Shown here one piece after another: positions 61,635-64,000 of a stretch of 64,000 nucleotides of DNA. The notes below the pieces were generated by a model that did no database searches, was not told the origin of the DNA, and was given only the letters and a program-made list of their open reading frames with translations. Numbering within the stretch: the stretch's first letter is position 1; each line of letters begins with the position of its first letter. Location: contig CATNEN010000037.1 in assembly GCA_950097015.1 (NCBI GenBank), positions 2,914,001 through 2,978,000 on the forward strand, in the 5' to 3' direction. Position numbers and translations under genes: made by a program. Source of the stretch: Macrostomum hystrix (taxonomy: Eukaryota; Animalia; Platyhelminthes).

Positions 61635-63542
61635 TTAGTGAGTCTTGGTAGGGGAACTATTTTCAATAAATGGCGAAATAGCATCTGCATCAGTGTCGGC
61701 TTTAGCTGTCGCACCCGCATCGGCTGGACGTAGCGGTTCCCTCTGACGCCACCGACGTCGCGGCTGAAGCGCCCAGGCTGTTAGCGTGGCCAAGCCGGCT
61801 GCAGCGAACGCACCGGAGGCCAGGTGAAATGCAGCAGAATACTCGCCGTATCGTTGGCGCAGCCATTGGCCGAGAAACGGCGCTGGGAAGGAGCCAAAAA
61901 AGAACGTCGCCACGTAGAGGCCGGTGCAGATCTCGTAGTGCTGGAGCCCGACGGCTAGTTTCAGCAGAGTGACCATCAGCGCGTACCGACCGCCCTGAGA
62001 CACGGATTTGGGGTTTGGCGCTGAAGTGTGAGCGAATCTGGTTCGCAATAACACAAAGTTGACCCCTTGCGAAGGGTCATGCCGCAGCCAGCAATCACAC
62101 TCAGTCATACTTACGCAGGCACACAGTCACAATGGTGAGTACATCTGGCCTTGAGTTTTTCATCATCAGGCAGTGTAAAATTTCACCTTAATGGGCGTAA
62201 ATCGGAGTCAAACTCAGGGACTTTGGTAGGTCAGCTGCGTCACCAGTCCGCATATGGAGCCTCGGAATAGTAAGAGTTGCGCGGCGCATCCAAATACCAC
62301 TCGCAGGCAAAATTTCTACCCCATTTAATTGCGGGAAAAATTTAAGTATTAGCAAATTAACTGTCTTGGTAGCTCATTTAGGACAAGCTGTTACCCTCAG
62401 GTACAAGCTTCCCTTTTCCCAGAGCCAGTGTCGCACCTGACAGGCGCCCATGCCGCAGTAGACGCCTAGTCCGAGCAGTTCGGAGTAGCGAATGGCAGCC
62501 GGCAGGAAGCCAGTCAGCAGAGCCGAGGCCGCCAGGCTCGCCGAGTCCACCAGGAACGGCTCCAGGCGGGTGCCCATGTAGCCAAAGGCCAGGTTGCCAA
62601 GGGTGAAAGCGGCTCCATAGCCGGCGGGAAACAGGGCGATGCGATCCTCTGGCACGGACAGCTCACTGGCCATCACCGGCACAAAGTTGATGGCCGTCAC
62701 CATGCTGAATATCTGTTAATTTTATTTAGGGTTTTTATATTTGCACGCACACAAGTTGCTGTTTACAGCAAAATAGATAGCTGAAACACCTGAAGCAAAG
62801 CTGCAAAGTAGAACAGCCCCGTGTCCGGTCCGCAGATCTTCAAAAGTTCCGTAGCTCTCGCCAAGCGGTCTCCACTAGTCGTCGCGTCCGCCTTAACATC
62901 CACTTCCTCGCATTCTGCTCGAGTTGATGCATCCTCCAGAGGCAGATCGAGGCTCAACACTGGCCTCGGGCGGATGAGCAGAGCCAGAGCACCTGCGTTC
63001 AGAGACACTGCTCCAAGGAGGAGAGCGGCCCCGCGCCAGGTGAAGGCGCCGATCAGCATCTGAGTGATGGGCGCCGAAATGAGCAGTCCTGCACCGCAGC
63101 CGCTTGCGACGACTCCGCTCGCCAGGGCGAGTCGACGGTTGAAGTTGTAGGCCAGCAGCGTCATGGGGAAGAAGTACAGACCCTCGGCTGCGAGCGGCAC
63201 CATCAGACCGAAGGTCGGCAGCAGGAGGCGCGCATCGGCAGCGAAGTAGCTCAGGCTGTAGCCAGCGAACATGCACAATGAGCTGCCTACGGCGACTCGC
63301 CGCTCGCCCTGAGAGCGCACCAGAAGCGCCATCAGGGGCGACATGAGCTGTCCGGCGCCGTAGGTCATGCCATAGACAACGGTGAGCAGGCCGGTCTGCT
63401 GTGGGAAGGCCTCCAGGTGGGCGGCATAAAAGAGGCCGCTGATATTGTACGAGCTGTCAGCGACCAGAGAAGCAATAAAGCCGATGAGCAAAATTGTTGC
63501 CTTGTACGCTTTGGAGAATTTTTTATCCTCGACTTTCCCCAT
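61635..63542 (-). CDS. MFS monocarboxylate-transporter-like (SLC16 family) paralog 2; exons 63542-62790, 62712-62437, 61994-61635 (462 aa)
   Basis: Same exon structure and motifs as paralog 1. Confidence 0.88.
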
Positions 63543-63643
63543 TGCAGACAATGAGTAGAGAAAAACAAAATACTGAGTGGATTGGGATTTTGTAGGTACT
63601 TCTAAGATCGTGCCAGGTCATTGCTTGCCTAGCTTCTCTAGCC

Positions 63644-63650
63644 TTTTATA
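63644..63650 (-). promoter_or_regulatory. Candidate TATA box (TATAAAA) for MFS paralog 2
   Basis: About 100 bp upstream of the ATG; motif match only. Confidence 0.4.
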
Positions 63651-64000
63651 CCAGACTTCCCTTCTAGACCGGCCATGCTTGTTCATTCTGGCGTCGCACC
63701 CAATAAGCTGCCAGCTTCCCTCGGCCCCTGCTGTACTAATTTTACTGCGTGCGCACATAGAAGTCTCGGTGGGGACGAGGGGAGGCAGACCTGGAGGCTT
63801 TGGTCGTGCACAACGAGCACTCGCTCTCTCTTTCTTTTTCCACCCCTCCGTTTCTTTGTAAGCCTCCAGCTGAGAGAGTGCAGTTATGTTGTTTTTCAAT
63901 TTGACCTGAGGCTAGCTACAAGCTTAACAGCTTTGTACTGGACGAACAGAACAAAAAAGGTTCCCGATGTGCGCTGTTTGCCCATGGTTTGTGGCTTGTC

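Overview
Intron-containing animal genomic DNA with GC-rich exons in AT-rich, repeat-rich introns. The taxon cannot be determined from the sequence. Host genes: eIF4E (5' part), a multi-exon IQ-motif gene, a single-pass membrane protein, a very short TPX2-like gene, an uncharacterised multi-exon gene, a BRICHOS plus antistasin-like membrane protein, intronless AGMO, and two tandem SLC16-like MFS transporters that share identical sequence tracts. Mobile DNA: an intact, apparently very young 9.15-kb Ty3/Gypsy LTR retrotransposon, a Gypsy pol relic, a solo LTR, a Crypton-like tyrosine recombinase, a defective Tc1/IS630-type transposon, several MITEs and two tRNA-derived SINE families. The most unusual signal is in the intact Gypsy element. 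At least 15 distinct short hairpin positions have different stems but the same GTAYT loop: 11 per LTR, three between an internal TATA box and the ATG of an extra non-env ORF3, and one inside ORF3. This suggests an element-encoded regulatory circuit analogous to Tat/TAR or foamy-virus Tas. That interpretation is an inference. All gene models and folds were derived by eye.
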